Shown here piece by piece: positions 45,651 through 53,968 of a stretch of DNA of 53,968 nucleotides (position 1 is its first letter; the number at the start of each line of letters is the position of its first letter). Both the position numbers and the translations under genes were made by a program. The notes beneath the pieces were generated by a model. It worked only from the letters and a program-made list of their open reading frames with translations. It was not told the DNA's origin and did not search any database. The stretch is from positions 1 to 53,968 of the forward strand of contig CBDUVZ010000004.1 of the NCBI GenBank assembly GCA_965370805.1. The letters are read 5' to 3'. The stretch is from an uncultured bacterium (GTDB lineage Bacteria > Hydrothermota > Tepidihabitantia > Tepidihabitantales > Tepidihabitantaceae).

Positions 45651-47282
45651 CTACGACCCGTACCGCGCCGCAATCGGCATCCTGCCGAATGCCCTGCCGG
45701 AAATCCTGATTCCCGGAACCGCCTGCCGCCGCTTGTACTCGCTCCGGATGACCGCAGCAATCACCCAGCGTACGGTTTCCGGGTCGAACCCGGCCGCGGC
45801 AATCTGTTCGGGCGACTGCCTTTCATCGACGTACCGGGTCAGGATGCCGTCCAGGACTTCGTAGGGTGGCAGCGTATCCTGGTCTTTCTGCCCGGGCTTG
45901 AGTTCGGCGGAAGGAGCTTTCTCAATCGTCGCCGCGGGAATCAACTCCCGCTCCCGGTTGATATACCGGGCCAACTCGTAGACCATCGTCTTGGGAACGT
46001 CGGCCAGGACCGCCAATCCCCCGCTCATGTCTCCGTACAGGGTGCAATAGCCGACCGCCAGTTCACTCTTGTTCCCGGTGGCAATAACCAGACAACCGAA
46101 CTTGTTTGACAGCGCCATCAGGATGTTACCCCGGACCCGAGCCTGGACGTTCTCCTCGGTCACATCCGTTTTCCGGCCGGCAAACTGCTTCTTGAGCGTC
46201 TTCAGGTAGCTTTGGTAGACTGGTGAAACCGGGATGGTCTCAAACCTGATGCCGAGGTTTCCAGCCAAACGCCTGGAATCCTTGACACTGCCCTCAGAAG
46301 AGAATTCTGAAGGCATCGTCACCCCGAGCACGTTATCCTTGCCCAAAGCCGCAACCGCTAGGCAACATGCCACAGCCGAATCTATTCCGCCCGAAAGACC
46401 CAGCACCACCTGCTTGAATCCGCACTTTCTCACATAATCCTGCACACCCAGGACCAGCGCATTGTGAACCGACTCAATCCGTTCCTCCGGCTGATAGGTT
46501 CCCGGCTTTCCCTGGGCTTTTGTGTCAATGACAGCAACCTGCTCGCGGAATGAGTCCATCACCAGCAGCGGTTCACCCTGGGAATCGAGCACCATGCTCC
46601 GGCCGTCGAAAACCAGTTCGTCATTTCCCCCGACCTGGTTCACAAACACAAAGGGAACCTTGTACCGCTCGACATTGCGGCTCATCAACCGGAAGCGCAC
46701 CTCATCCTTCCCGACCGAGAACGGCGAGGCCGAAATACTGATGAGCAAAGTGGCTCCGGCCCGGGCCAGATCAGCAATCGGGTCGGTCTCATGCATCATT
46801 CGACTTTCTGGTTCGCTCCAAGCGTCCTCACATATTGAGATGCCCAGCACCTCATCCTTGAATCTCACTTTCTTCGTTGCCGGTGCCGGGTCGAAGTAGC
46901 GCAGCTCATCAAACACATCATACGTCGGCAGCAGGGTCTTGGCCTGGCGCAGAACCTCCCTGCCGTCGCTAATCAGCACCGCCGCATTCTGAAGCCCTTT
47001 GCCGGTCTTGCTGCCGGTGCGCACTACTGTGCCGACCAGGAGGCCGGTGTCAGGGCATCGCTTGGAAATGCCGACAAGTTGGGTCAGCGCCTGTTCAGCC
47101 CGGTCGATGAACCAGCCCCGCTCAAGCAGGTCCTGGGGCGGGTATCCGGTGAGGAACATCTCCGGGAAGACAACCAGGTCCGGGGCGTCCTTCCTGACCT
47201 GTTCAAGCGTGCTTTCGACCCTGGCCAGGTTGCCCTGGATATCACCGACAACCGGGTTCAACTGGGCGATGGCTATTCTCAT
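45651..47282 (-). CDS. nadE: Glutamine-dependent NAD+ synthetase
   Basis: Nitrilase domain (FPE, K.LLP, ICED) plus GLSGGIDS, NKSE, APSAEL. Confidence 0.96.
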   Translation of the reverse strand: MRIAIAQLNPVVGDIQGNLARVESTLEQVRKDAPDLVVFPEMFLTGYPPQDLLERGWFIDRAEQALTQLVGISKRCPDTGLLVGTVVRTGSKTGKGLQNAAVLISDGREVLRQAKTLLPTYDVFDELRYFDPAPATKKVRFKDEVLGISICEDAWSEPESRMMHETDPIADLARAGATLLISISASPFSVGKDEVRFRLMSRNVERYKVPFVFVNQVGGNDELVFDGRSMVLDSQGEPLLVMDSFREQVAVIDTKAQGKPGTYQPEERIESVHNALVLGVQDYVRKCGFKQVVLGLSGGIDSAVACCLAVAALGKDNVLGVTMPSEFSSEGSVKDSRRLAGNLGIRFETIPVSPVYQSYLKTLKKQFAGRKTDVTEENVQARVRGNILMALSNKFGCLVIATGNKSELAVGYCTLYGDMSGGLAVLADVPKTMVYELARYINRERELIPAATIEKAPSAELKPGQKDQDTLPPYEVLDGILTRYVDERQSPEQIAAAGFDPETVRWVIAAVIRSEYKRRQAVPGIRISGRAFGRMPIAARYGS

Positions 47283-47344
47283 GTTCGGTCTCGGAAGCTA
47301 GTTTGCCAAACCTTTCTTCCTTGTCAATCCGGCCCGCACCCGAT

Positions 47345-48364
47345 ATGATGAATATGATGGTCCGTTGCCTGCTTCCCGTTCTCCTGCTCATGGCCGCTAT
47401 TTCGGCCCAGAGCCTGCCCGAAGCTGCGCTCCCCGAGTCACTGCCCGTCGTGGAGCCCGACTCCACGCCGCGGGCCGAACCCAACACCCTGGTCCCGTCC
47501 GCGGCCGACTCCGCTGTGCCGACCGGCTCTGTCATCACTGCTGTTGACTCAACCCCGGTCAGAGAAGACGACGACATCGACCTGTCCGGCCATACCGTCG
47601 TTCTGTCGGTCGATGATGGCTATCACTCGATCTTCACCAATGTCTACCCCCTGCTCAAACGATACGACATGACGATAACCCTCGGTGTCATCTGCGACTA
47701 CGTCCGCGAGGGCAAACCCTCATACAGACCGGCGGGCGGGTTCATGAAGCGAAGTGAAATCCAGGAACTCATCGACTCCTGCGGCATCGAAATCGCCAGC
47801 CATACCTTCTCCCACCCGTTTCTCACCCGGATCGACAGTGCGGCCGCGTGGAAGGAAATCAGCAATTCCAGGACCTTCCTCGAATCCATCTTCGACACCG
47901 AAGTCGTCACTTTCGTTTATCCGTACGGCGATATGAACAGACGAGTCCGCCGAATGGTCCGCCGGGCCGGGTACAAACTCGGCCGTGCGGTCCGGCCGGG
48001 CTCGCCGAACTTCGGGGCCGACCCCTACCGGATTCCCGAACTGGAACTGCGCAAGGAAACGAAAATTGAGGACATCAAAGCCCATATTCGGCGACGCCGG
48101 ACAACAGTACTGCTGCTCCACCAGATTGTATCCAAGCCCGATGTCTTCACCCAGTGGTCGGTCGCTGATTTCACCGAGCTGCTCGGCTGGATGCACCGGC
48201 ACAATGTGCGGGTCGCAACCCTGGCCCGGCTGCACCGCGAATGGTGGATGGACAAGATGCTGCAGGTCATGGGAGACGTGGCGGCCGCCTATCCGGACCG
48301 CCGCAAACGACTGCTATTCCAGGATGTAGACGTCGACGCTACCGAGGCTGCGCACCCCCGCTGA
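47345..48364 (+). CDS. Polysaccharide deacetylase family protein
   Basis: SVDDG, SHT.SH, YPYG, LLH; signal peptide. Confidence 0.9.
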   Translation: MMNMMVRCLLPVLLLMAAISAQSLPEAALPESLPVVEPDSTPRAEPNTLVPSAADSAVPTGSVITAVDSTPVREDDDIDLSGHTVVLSVDDGYHSIFTNVYPLLKRYDMTITLGVICDYVREGKPSYRPAGGFMKRSEIQELIDSCGIEIASHTFSHPFLTRIDSAAAWKEISNSRTFLESIFDTEVVTFVYPYGDMNRRVRRMVRRAGYKLGRAVRPGSPNFGADPYRIPELELRKETKIEDIKAHIRRRRTTVLLLHQIVSKPDVFTQWSVADFTELLGWMHRHNVRVATLARLHREWWMDKMLQVMGDVAAAYPDRRKRLLFQDVDVDATEAAHPR

Positions 48365-48961
48365 CGTGAACGCGGCGATATTCTCCCTCGCCCCCACGAA
48401 AATGTCGATGTGCTTGCCTTTCACCGCGCTGCCGATGTCCTGGGCATAGAAGATGCCACTCTGGGGTCTGCCGTTCACCACGACCTGCTCGGCCTGGGGA
48501 ATGTAGACCCGCGCCCCAATCGGAATCACCCTGGGGTCCACCGCAATCGACTTCAGTTCGGTGAGCATATGCCCGCCGTACCCCATGAACCGGTCCCCGA
48601 TCATGACCCGGTTCGCCTTCTTCATGTAGCTGATGCAGCGGCCGTCCCGGAGCCGGGCCGCAGCCTCGATCCTGAACGCCTTCACAAACGACCGCGAGAA
48701 CCGGCCGACGAGCTTGCCTTTCGTGTCGTACAGCGGTACGGCGCGGCTCTTCGGGTAGTCCTTCTCCTCGACTACCCAGTAGAAAGTGGTCTTGAACTTG
48801 CCCATGTACCGGGCGTCAGGAACGTCGGGCGCCGGACCCACTGCCTCCTCAAGCAGCCAGTCCGGCGGGTCCACTGTGAACTGCCGCGGCAACGAAGTCT
48901 GCGCCTTCGGCCCGAGGCAGGCAATGAACGCCAGGATGAGTCCGACAGCCCGTTTTCGCAT
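48314..48961 (-). CDS. 3D domain-containing protein
   Basis: IAVDP.VIP.G, AQD.G.AVKG.HIDIF. Confidence 0.9.
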   Translation of the reverse strand: MRKRAVGLILAFIACLGPKAQTSLPRQFTVDPPDWLLEEAVGPAPDVPDARYMGKFKTTFYWVVEEKDYPKSRAVPLYDTKGKLVGRFSRSFVKAFRIEAAARLRDGRCISYMKKANRVMIGDRFMGYGGHMLTELKSIAVDPRVIPIGARVYIPQAEQVVVNGRPQSGIFYAQDIGSAVKGKHIDIFVGARENIAAFTSAGVRSLGSVDVYILE

Positions 48962-49004
48962 GGCGTCTATTATCCAGTCTCACGGCCCAAGTCAAGCCGT
49001 TCAG

Positions 49005-49177
49005 CCGAAAACCGATACAGGAATCTCACCGCCAAGGACGCCAAGGTCGCCAACTGAGTTAGACCGGACCCGGCCCGAAATCACCCAACGGGGGCGACGT
49101 GACCCGGACTGGTGAGAATCGGCGAAGTAACGTGGAGTCTACCTCCGGACTTTGCGTTCTTGGCGCTCTTGGCGGTT
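49005..49177. repeat. Element with 9-mer-periodic inverted arms
   Basis: 26-bp leader identical to 35542-35567; arms caccgccaaggacgccaaggtcgccaa and ctttgcgttcttggcgctcttggcggtt. Confidence 0.75.
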
Positions 49178-49304
49178 CCATTTCGGTTCTGGGCATTCAG
49201 CCCGACGCCGGCGGACACCGCAGGGCCGCACGACAGGACCACTGGCAGGCAGGAAACCCGACTCACGGTATGTGAAAAGAGCCCTTCCGGGCCGGAATCC
49301 GGGG

Positions 49305-50336
49305 CTACCCGAGGTTCAGTTCGGACTGACCGGGCCGGACTTGCTTGCGGCCGAAATGCTCATATGCCTGCTGGGTCGCAACCCGGCCGCGCGGCGTACG
49401 CTGAATAAACCCCTCCTGCACGAGAAAAGGCTCATACACCTCCTCGATCGTTCCCGCGTCCTCGCCGACCGCCACCGCCAGCGAGCTGAGCCCGACCGGG
49501 CTGCCTCGGAACTTGTCAATCAGCGTCAGCAGTATCTTCTTGTCCATTTCGTCCAGGCCCCGGGCGTCGACGTCAAGCCGGCCCAGCCCGTACTGAACCA
49601 CCTCCTGGTCGATCCTCTCCCGGCCCTGAACCTGGGCGAAATCCCGCACCCGGCGCAGCAGCCGGTTGGCGATGCGGGGCGTGCCGCGCGCCCGACCGGC
49701 AATCTCCCGTGCCCCGTCGATGTCGATCTCGACCCCGAGAATCCGCGCCGACCGCTCGACAATCTTGAGCAGGTCCTCCGGCGGGTAGTAGTCGAGACGG
49801 AACGTAATCCCGAATCTGGAGCGCAGCGGCGCGGTCAGGAGACCGGACCGGGTGGTCGCGCCGACAAGCGTGAAGTCGTGAAGAGTAATCCTCTCCGAAC
49901 GCGCGCCCGGGCCCTTGTCGATCAGCACGTCGATGCAGAAATCCTCAAGCGCCGGGTACAGGAACTCCTCGACCGCCTTGTTGGTACGATGAATCTCGTC
50001 GATGAAGAAAACGTCCCGCGCGGCAAGGCCGGTCAGGATGCCGGCCAGGTCAACCGGCCGCTCCAGGATCGGACCCGAGCTGCACCGTATCCCGGTTCCC
50101 ATCTCCTCGGCGATGATGTACGCCAGCGTGGTCTTGCCCAGGCCCGGCGGCCCGAACAGCAGCACGTGCTCAAGCGGCTCCTCCCTCATCCTCGCCGCCT
50201 CGACGAACACCCTGAGATTGTCCTTGACCCGCTGCTGGCCGACGAACTCATCGAGCCGGCGCGGTCGTATCTGCTCGTCCAGTGCATCTTCACCCGCCAG
50301 GCACCGGGGTGAAACCAGCCTCTCGCCGCTCGTCAT
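49305..50336 (-). CDS. ruvB: Holliday junction branch migration helicase RuvB
   Basis: GPPGLGKTT, FIDEIHR, RGTPRIANRLL, RTPRGR. Confidence 0.98.
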   Translation of the reverse strand: MTSGERLVSPRCLAGEDALDEQIRPRRLDEFVGQQRVKDNLRVFVEAARMREEPLEHVLLFGPPGLGKTTLAYIIAEEMGTGIRCSSGPILERPVDLAGILTGLAARDVFFIDEIHRTNKAVEEFLYPALEDFCIDVLIDKGPGARSERITLHDFTLVGATTRSGLLTAPLRSRFGITFRLDYYPPEDLLKIVERSARILGVEIDIDGAREIAGRARGTPRIANRLLRRVRDFAQVQGRERIDQEVVQYGLGRLDVDARGLDEMDKKILLTLIDKFRGSPVGLSSLAVAVGEDAGTIEEVYEPFLVQEGFIQRTPRGRVATQQAYEHFGRKQVRPGQSELNLG

Positions 50337-50345
50337 TGCCCGTTC

Positions 50346-50903
50346 CTACCTTGCCTGTAGCGCCAGCTTCAGGATTTCCTGCAGTGTCATGTCGTCGGCA
50401 AGCCCGATCCGGCCCAGCCGGGAACGGGCTTCTCTCCGCGTCAGCCCGAGCGAAACCAGCGCCGCCGCGGCATCCACCAGCAGCGGTTTGTCGGGCTGTG
50501 TCGGAACCGTCTTCTCGCTCAGTTCGACCAGGACCCGCTGTGCCTTCTTCGGCCCGATGCCGGGAACCGTCTGCACCACCTCGATCCTGCCCGACGCTAT
50601 CGTGTCGAGTATCTCCTCCGGGCTGAACCGGGACAGGAAATTCAGCCCTGCTTTCGGCCCGATACCCTTGACCGACAGCAGCAGCCGGAACACATCCCGT
50701 TCCCCGGTGTCGAGGAACCCGTACAACTCGACCCCGTTCTGGGTGAACCGCGTGACAACGAAGAACTCGGCCGTATCGCCGAGTCCCCCGAGTCGATTCG
50801 AAGTAGAGAGCGGCACACCAATCTCATAGCCCGTACCCCGGCAGTCGAGCACCACCCGGGTCGGTTCCTTTTCCCGGATTATCCCGCGCAGGAACGCAAT
50901 CAT
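50346..50903 (-). CDS. ruvA: Holliday junction branch migration protein RuvA
   Basis: MIAFLRG, LYGF, V.GIGPK twice. Confidence 0.96.
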   Translation of the reverse strand: MIAFLRGIIREKEPTRVVLDCRGTGYEIGVPLSTSNRLGGLGDTAEFFVVTRFTQNGVELYGFLDTGERDVFRLLLSVKGIGPKAGLNFLSRFSPEEILDTIASGRIEVVQTVPGIGPKKAQRVLVELSEKTVPTQPDKPLLVDAAAALVSLGLTRREARSRLGRIGLADDMTLQEILKLALQAR

Positions 50904-51475
50904 CCGGCCGCCAGCGGGAAAACCCCACGCTTGGCGAGGCAGTAGGCCGCAGCCAGCGCATCGGCCGCGTGTTCCGGCACCTTGTCGTCAAGCGACAGGA
51001 GTTGCCTGATCATGTAGTTCAACTGGCTCTTGGAGGCCCGGCCGCTGCCGGTCACCGCCAGCTTGATCGTCGCCGGTGTGAGTTCTTCAATCGGCACGCC
51101 CCTTCTGGCCAGGACCAACAGCAACACGCCCCGGGACTGGGCCGAAAGTATCACGCTCCGCGCGCCGACCGTCTTGAAAAAAAGTGTCTCGATTGCACAG
51201 CAGTCCGGACGATTGGCACTGAGGACCTCCTCCAGGCCGGAAGCAAGCCGGTCCAGCCTTTCGGGAATCCCGGCCTTGCTGTCGGTCTTGATAACTCCGA
51301 AATCAACCGTCCGGCCACCCTCAATAATCCCGTACCCGGTGGCGCTCAATCCCGGGTCGATTCCAAGTACTCTGCCGGTGGAATTAGCCGCCGGACACCT
51401 TCTCGAGGATCTCGTCCGGGATATCGAAATTGGCGTACACCTGTTGGACTTCTTCCAGTTCCTCGAGCATCTCAA
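50900..51475 (-). CDS. ruvC: Crossover junction endodeoxyribonuclease RuvC (start uncertain)
   Basis: VLGIDPG, AIE, K.AVTG.G.A.K, ADALA. Confidence 0.93.
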   Translation of the reverse strand: MRCSRNWKKSNRCTPISISRTRSSRRCPAANSTGRVLGIDPGLSATGYGIIEGGRTVDFGVIKTDSKAGIPERLDRLASGLEEVLSANRPDCCAIETLFFKTVGARSVILSAQSRGVLLLVLARRGVPIEELTPATIKLAVTGSGRASKSQLNYMIRQLLSLDDKVPEHAADALAAAYCLAKRGVFPLAAG

Positions 51476-52136
51476 CCAATCTCAGCACCCTGGTCGCGTC
51501 TTTCTCTCCCACTGCCACAGTGCTCGCCGCAATCTGGGTCAACTCCGCGCTCAACCATTCGACCCCGGCCTCCTTGAGTTGCTCCTTCACCGCTTCGTAA
51601 CTGCCCGGCGCGGTAACGACCGAGAACCCGCTCTCATCGGTCTGGACGTCGTCAGCGCCGGCTTCCAACGCCGCTGTCAACACCGCATCCTCATCCGCCT
51701 TGTCCTTGGAGATCACGATCAGGCCCTGAGGCTTGAACTGCCACGCCACGCACCCGGCCGCGCCCATGCTGCCGCCGTACTTGTCGAACACGTGACGGAC
51801 CGCGGCGGTGCTCCGGTTCTTGTTGTCGGTGATGGCATTGACCAGTATCGCCACCCCGCCCTGACCGTAGCCCTCGTAAACGACCTCTTCATAGCGGACG
51901 CCGGGCAGTTCCCCGGTACCTTTCTTTATCGCCCGTTCGATATTGTCGGCCGGCATGTTGATGCCTTTGGCCGCCTCGACCGCGGACCGAAGTCGGGGAT
52001 TGGCTTCAAGGTCTCCGCCACCCGTCCGCGCCGCCGTGGTGATTTCCCGAATCAGCTTGGAGAATGCCTTGCCCCGGGCGGCATCCGTCTTCGCCTTCTT
52101 GTGCTTTATGGTTGCCCATTTGGAATGTCCGGACAT
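51384..52136 (-). CDS. yebC: YebC/PmpR family protein
   Basis: MSGHSKWATIKHKK, YEGYG, TDN.NR. Confidence 0.97.
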   Translation of the reverse strand: MSGHSKWATIKHKKAKTDAARGKAFSKLIREITTAARTGGGDLEANPRLRSAVEAAKGINMPADNIERAIKKGTGELPGVRYEEVVYEGYGQGGVAILVNAITDNKNRSTAAVRHVFDKYGGSMGAAGCVAWQFKPQGLIVISKDKADEDAVLTAALEAGADDVQTDESGFSVVTAPGSYEAVKEQLKEAGVEWLSAELTQIAASTVAVGEKDATRVLRLVEMLEELEEVQQVYANFDIPDEILEKVSGG

Positions 52137-52309
52137 TACATATCCTCCTTGGAAAATCAGTTCAGGCCCCTATTCTAGGTCGGTCTCCGACCCTGTCAAC
52201 GTCTATTGTCGGCGCATGGCTGACGACCAAACCATTGCTACGGTGCGGGACGCGAAACGAAAGCGGAGCAGCGATGAACCCTGCTCCGCCTTCCAGGATG
52301 ACGCTGGAG

Positions 52310-52648
52310 TTATTCGCCGTAGACTATGACTTTGTACGTTGCGATGATGCCGAGGATGTTCGTCATCTCGGTGTCAATATGGTGGATTTGGGTGATGCCT
52401 CCGACCTCCATTGCCCGCTTGATGCTTGCATCGCCGGTGATGATGAGTCCCAAAAAGGACTGCATCGACGCCTCACCCATCTTGGCTACGCCGGTTGTAG
52501 TCGGGCCGTAGTAGCTGACCGAGGCCAGCGGGGCCCTCGTGTTCTGATACAGCAGGCCGCCGCCGCCCATGGCAATCATCGCGCCGCAACCGGCCATGGT
52601 GGTCACGGCAAACGCAGCCAGCAGAGTCACGAGCAGGAGCTTCTTCAT
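52310..52648 (-). CDS. TRL-like family lipoprotein
   Basis: Lipobox MAGC; K.GEA...LG...GDASI..A...GIT.I..ID, VYGE. Confidence 0.85.
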   Translation of the reverse strand: MKKLLLVTLLAAFAVTTMAGCGAMIAMGGGGLLYQNTRAPLASVSYYGPTTTGVAKMGEASMQSFLGLIITGDASIKRAMEVGGITQIHHIDTEMTNILGIIATYKVIVYGE

Positions 52649-52752
52649 CTGACTTCCTTTACGGTACGTTGCTTCTTCCTGTGCTGTCCTCTTCTGAGGA
52701 ATGTACACCAGCCGAATCTATCCAATCCCAATCCGATGTCAAGCTTGCTATT

Positions 52753-53968
52753 CCAGGACTTTCCCCGTTTCTCACGTGAATTTGGAGAAGCAGAGTTGTG
52801 GGTCGTTGGACGGTGGTGCGGAAGAACACAACGGCCCTTTGCCCAAGCGACTCAGGATGTATGATATCCCGTCGGCAATCGCATAGTATCGGAATGGTGC
52901 GATGCCGTAGAATCGCCTTGCCGCCTGCAGTACGCGCCGTGTCAAAACCGCCAGCCGCAGCCGGTCGCCGAGATGCACCGCCGCAAAGTAACTCGCCGCC
53001 AGTACCAGCGCCGTCAAGTTGCACAGCCGCCGGCACGTCAACACCCGGATGTCCTCCGGATTGTAACTTTGCTTCGTAAAGCGTAGCGCTTCTTCGATCC
53101 GCCACCGCGTCAGATAGCCTTCCACCACAAACCACAACACGCGTCGGTTCCGACGTAGCGGCAGATTCGTCAACAGCATCAGCGGCGCCTCACCGAAACC
53201 TCGGACTACCACCAACCCCAATTCCTCCGACCGCCCAGGCAGTCGCACCCGCCGAAAGCCATACGCCAGCCGGTACGTCTTCTCCTCACCCGAAGTCTCT
53301 TTGATAATCCTTTCCTCGTAACATGAGGAACACCCACGGGCAATGTCTTCTGCCAGACGACACTGACCCCGAAAGAACAGATCGCGATCACCCCTTAGCC
53401 TTATGATGAATCGCATCTTCCGGTCTAACAATGGGTTGTAGACTTTCTTCCGATCCATGCCTCGGTCGGCAACCCAAATGCCGCGTGTCCCGCAATACTC
53501 GGTCACCGTATCCGCCGCCTTGAGCAGCTCGTCGTTCTCGCTCTGATACTCAGGTGCTGCGGCGGAGTAAAGCGATTGGTGAAGCGGGATGATATCGTTA
53601 CCACCGGATTGACAGGCAATCACATTGCACAGCCAGTAGCCATCCACCAGTGTCTTCGCGCTTCCGTCCCGCACCAAAGCCAGATACTCCATCTTCTTGG
53701 CGTAGGCCTTACGAATATCACTGGTGTCCAGAATCAGCAGTGCATCTTTCTGTACCCGGCGACTGCCCAGGCGGGCGATCTGGTCCAGAAGTACGCTCGC
53801 CAACCCGTTATTATTCAGGTTGGTTGAGAGCCGATCCTCGGTCTTTTTGAGCGAAACCGGTTCCTCCAGGGCGCGTCCGATCTGGCTCAGCTTCACGTCC
53901 ATACTAACCAGAATACCGTAGAGCATCTGCTCGACAAATCGCCCCAGCGGTTTGGAAAAACGGGGGGG
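52753..53968 (-). mobile_element. IS4-like insertion sequence (truncated by window end)
   Basis: Transposase plus a possible terminal repeat CCAGGACTTTCCCC at 52753; the other end is outside the window. Confidence 0.75.
52772..53968 (-). CDS. IS4-family DDE transposase (5' truncated)
   Basis: ILD.S, ADRGMD, LLTNL, YLTRWRIEEALRFTK (YREK motif); frame open to the window edge. Confidence 0.9.
   Translation of the reverse strand, partial: PPRFSKPLGRFVEQMLYGILVSMDVKLSQIGRALEEPVSLKKTEDRLSTNLNNNGLASVLLDQIARLGSRRVQKDALLILDTSDIRKAYAKKMEYLALVRDGSAKTLVDGYWLCNVIACQSGGNDIIPLHQSLYSAAAPEYQSENDELLKAADTVTEYCGTRGIWVADRGMDRKKVYNPLLDRKMRFIIRLRGDRDLFFRGQCRLAEDIARGCSSCYEERIIKETSGEEKTYRLAYGFRRVRLPGRSEELGLVVVRGFGEAPLMLLTNLPLRRNRRVLWFVVEGYLTRWRIEEALRFTKQSYNPEDIRVLTCRRLCNLTALVLAASYFAAVHLGDRLRLAVLTRRVLQAARRFYGIAPFRYYAIADGISYILSRLGKGPLCSSAPPSNDPQLCFSKFT

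Noticed and set aside
3178-52178. Long antisense or alternate-frame ORFs (e.g. 3178-4434, 6759-7802, 32265-33659, 49152-50312, 51030-52178)
   Set aside because: Shadows of well-supported genes in high-GC DNA

Overview
GC-rich bacterial window; the T9SS-like C-terminal tails and the TonB receptor suggest a diderm FCB-adjacent lineage such as WOR-3 (inference). Left to right: (1) the 3' part of a type IIG/Eco57I-like methyltransferase overlapping a DprA/SMF-like gene; (2) GMP synthase ATPPase subunit, HicAB, M23 peptidase, MFS+PadR, TrmB plus a secreted protein, ZupT; (3) a minus-strand metal/iron region (about 12-30 kb) with ArsR, IscU-like, an ISL3 remnant, DUF2023, flavodoxin, a secreted kelch protein, a TonB-dependent receptor, FmdE-like, feoA-feoA-feoB-feoC, a DtxR repressor and an MMPL/DUF1302/LolA-like trio, with three matching DtxR-type operators; (4) nitronate monooxygenase-like, pfkB-family kinase, fba, cobB; (5) an unusual island (about 33.9-41.9 kb) where a broken type IIG RM gene survives as one 5' fragment and four repeated 3'-end remnants separating cargo genes (DUF2281-VapC, a PD-(D/E)xK-like protein, a HEPN/Abi_C pair, a four-repeat Myb/trihelix-like protein), with GGGACA-N7/8-ATT motifs at the junctions and 12-bp-periodic arrays at its edges; (6) nitroreductase, hemerythrin-like, TMTC-like glycosyltransferase, nadE, deacetylase, 3D protein, ruvBAC, yebC, TRL-like lipoprotein and a truncated IS4-like element. 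The best novelty candidates are the RM-3'-end cassette array, the 12-mer arrays and the Myb-like protein. No rRNA, tRNA or CRISPR array was seen. All family calls come from motif recognition by eye, not database searches.
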